Positions 62,510 to 64,000 of a stretch of 64,000 nucleotides of DNA are shown here, in pieces. The number at the start of each line of letters is the position of its first letter. The first letter of the stretch is position 1. The DNA comes from Mytilus californianus (lineage: Eukaryota). Location: positions 39,494,001-39,558,000 of the forward strand of contig NW_026262679.1 of NCBI RefSeq assembly GCF_021869535.1, in the 5' to 3' direction. Position numbers and translations under genes: made by a program. The notes under the pieces are model-generated. The model did no database searches. It was not told the DNA's origin and saw only the letters and a program-made list of their open reading frames with translations.

Positions 62510-64000
62510 ATATCCTTTTGCTATATTATGTTGTTCCACCTTAAAGATGTAACCTATAGCATTAATTGTTATTACATTTTGTACGTTTCTTGTTCTGAAT
62601 AGGCATGGAATAACTGCCCCTGGATGTTAAGCAAACAACAATCAATTTATTAATTTATATTATAAAAGTTTTTAGATTTATTTACCAGTGTCTACAAAAA
62701 TGATAAGACAAAATTATGATTGTTTATTACTTTGCAGAGAGATTATAGCTAGCCAAATATAAAGGTTTAGATGAGGACACCGATATGATTATGTCATTAC
62801 AAATATCAAGATGCATAATAGCATCCTCTGATGTTCTACTACTATGGGGGTGTTTAACAACCTTGACTACCCATGAGGGTCTCGCATGGTCATCTGATGT
62901 TCTACTATTAGGAGGTGTTTAACAACCTTGACTACCCATGAGGGTGTCGCACAGTCGTCTAATGTTCTCATTCGTATATGCTTATTTATATTGAAATGGT
63001 GTACTGATTTAAGAAAAGGTTTATTATATTAACAAATGACTAATGTACAAACTCCCAATATTTTAAAATAACAAGCTAAAAAGTTTTAATGTCTTGTAAG
63101 GTGTACATGTTTATCCGACAAAGGTAAGCTGTCCAATAATCAACTTTTAAGTTGAATCTTTGGTTAATTGCTTAGTTTCCCTGAGTTATAGGATGACTCT
63201 TGATTTACATCATTTTCATGTTTCAAAAAAAATGATACATTGTAAGTTTTCTTGATTAAGGTTTAATCTATAATTTAGTATTATCATTAGGTCACTAGCA
63301 TCAATGTAAGATGTACAGATAAGTGTGACTGGTGGAACCCTAATCTTCACCTCATTTTCCTGGTTCATTTGATTATTTCATGATACATGTGTAAATTCCT
63401 TATCTCAAATTCTGTTAATATCTTGATATTAATTTTATTCATTTATTAATTTATTTATGCTTATTTCAAATCCCAAGAACCCAATTGATTTGAGTTTCAG
63501 TAGGCCAAAGGTAAAGGTCACAGTATCTTTAATATGACTGAAAACTATGAAAAAAAATAATTTCCAGACAGTTAATCTTGGAGAGAGATTCAAATATTTA
63601 CAAATCTTTGGTGTTTAATGGGACTTTGGAAGAAAAAGGACCCTATCTTCGATTTAATATCACATTTTTAAAGGGTTTGACAGCAGCAATAATTATAGAC
63701 TGAAGCTTCGACAAATTTTATGTTTTAGATTATTTGACATATATTGTCAGCAGACTGTACAATTATCACATTCAACCAAATTCCTCCCTCCTTTTATTTG
63801 CTGCAAAGAAGATAAGACATGTCTTTGTTAAGCTGATTGATTTATACGCAAACAAATAAATGCATATGGTTTTTCTATGTATTAAAAATGTTTTTCTAAT
63901 TGATGTGGGTATTTTATTAATTGTCTATGTAGATTTCCATATATTGGTAATTTAATATATATTATTTGACTATGATTACAACTGTACCTTAACTACTAGC
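62510..64000 (+). other. Putative U12-type (AT-AC) intron of NR2C2AP
   Basis: Homology ends at …TCA TTA CAA, followed by ATATCCTTTT (62510-62519), the U12 5' splice consensus. Candidate branch site CCTTAAC at 63987-63993; the acceptor probably lies just beyond the window. Confidence 0.8.
62827..62968. repeat. ~66-bp tandem repeat (2 copies plus a partial)
   Basis: Units start at 62827, 62893 and 62958 (tct(g/a)atgttct…). Confidence 0.85.

Noticed and set aside
62861-62932. CCTTGAC motifs as the branch site of the NR2C2AP U12 intron
   Set aside because: They lie in a tandem repeat, and the downstream sequence does not encode the expected final exon.

Overview
AT-rich eukaryotic genomic DNA with introns and many repeats. 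The repeat families suggest a bivalve mollusc, probably Mytilus-like; this is an inference, not a database result. Genes were assembled by hand from splice sites and phase-checked. (1) A ~21-exon + strand gene (20121-47371, ~940 aa) has an unusual architecture: lineage-specific N-terminus, vWA with degenerate MIDAS, 2x MIB/HERC2 and C-terminal WWE, with no catalytic E3 or PARP domain. The last two coding exons of a tandem paralog lie at 123-477. (2) An intact UPF0235/DUF167 gene (C15orf40 homolog, - strand, 47623-53960) has a pseudogenised duplicate at 830-4468. (3) Two exons of NR2C2AP (61520-62509) are followed by an AT-AC type U12 minor-intron donor. The most striking signal is two divergent Penelope-like retroelements of the N-terminal-endonuclease (Naiad-type) group, at 9830-12735 (-) and ~25300-28780 (+). 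Both have an in-frame TGA at the same position (a Cys in related RTs as I recall them), and each has its own canonical type II SECIS hairpin in the 3' UTR, so they are candidate selenocysteine-encoding retrotransposons. The rest is SINEs, LINE and PLE fragments, CACTA/MULE-type and unclassified MITEs, and local duplications. Coordinates were counted by eye; exon, TGA and SECIS positions are base-level, while repeat boundaries are approximate.
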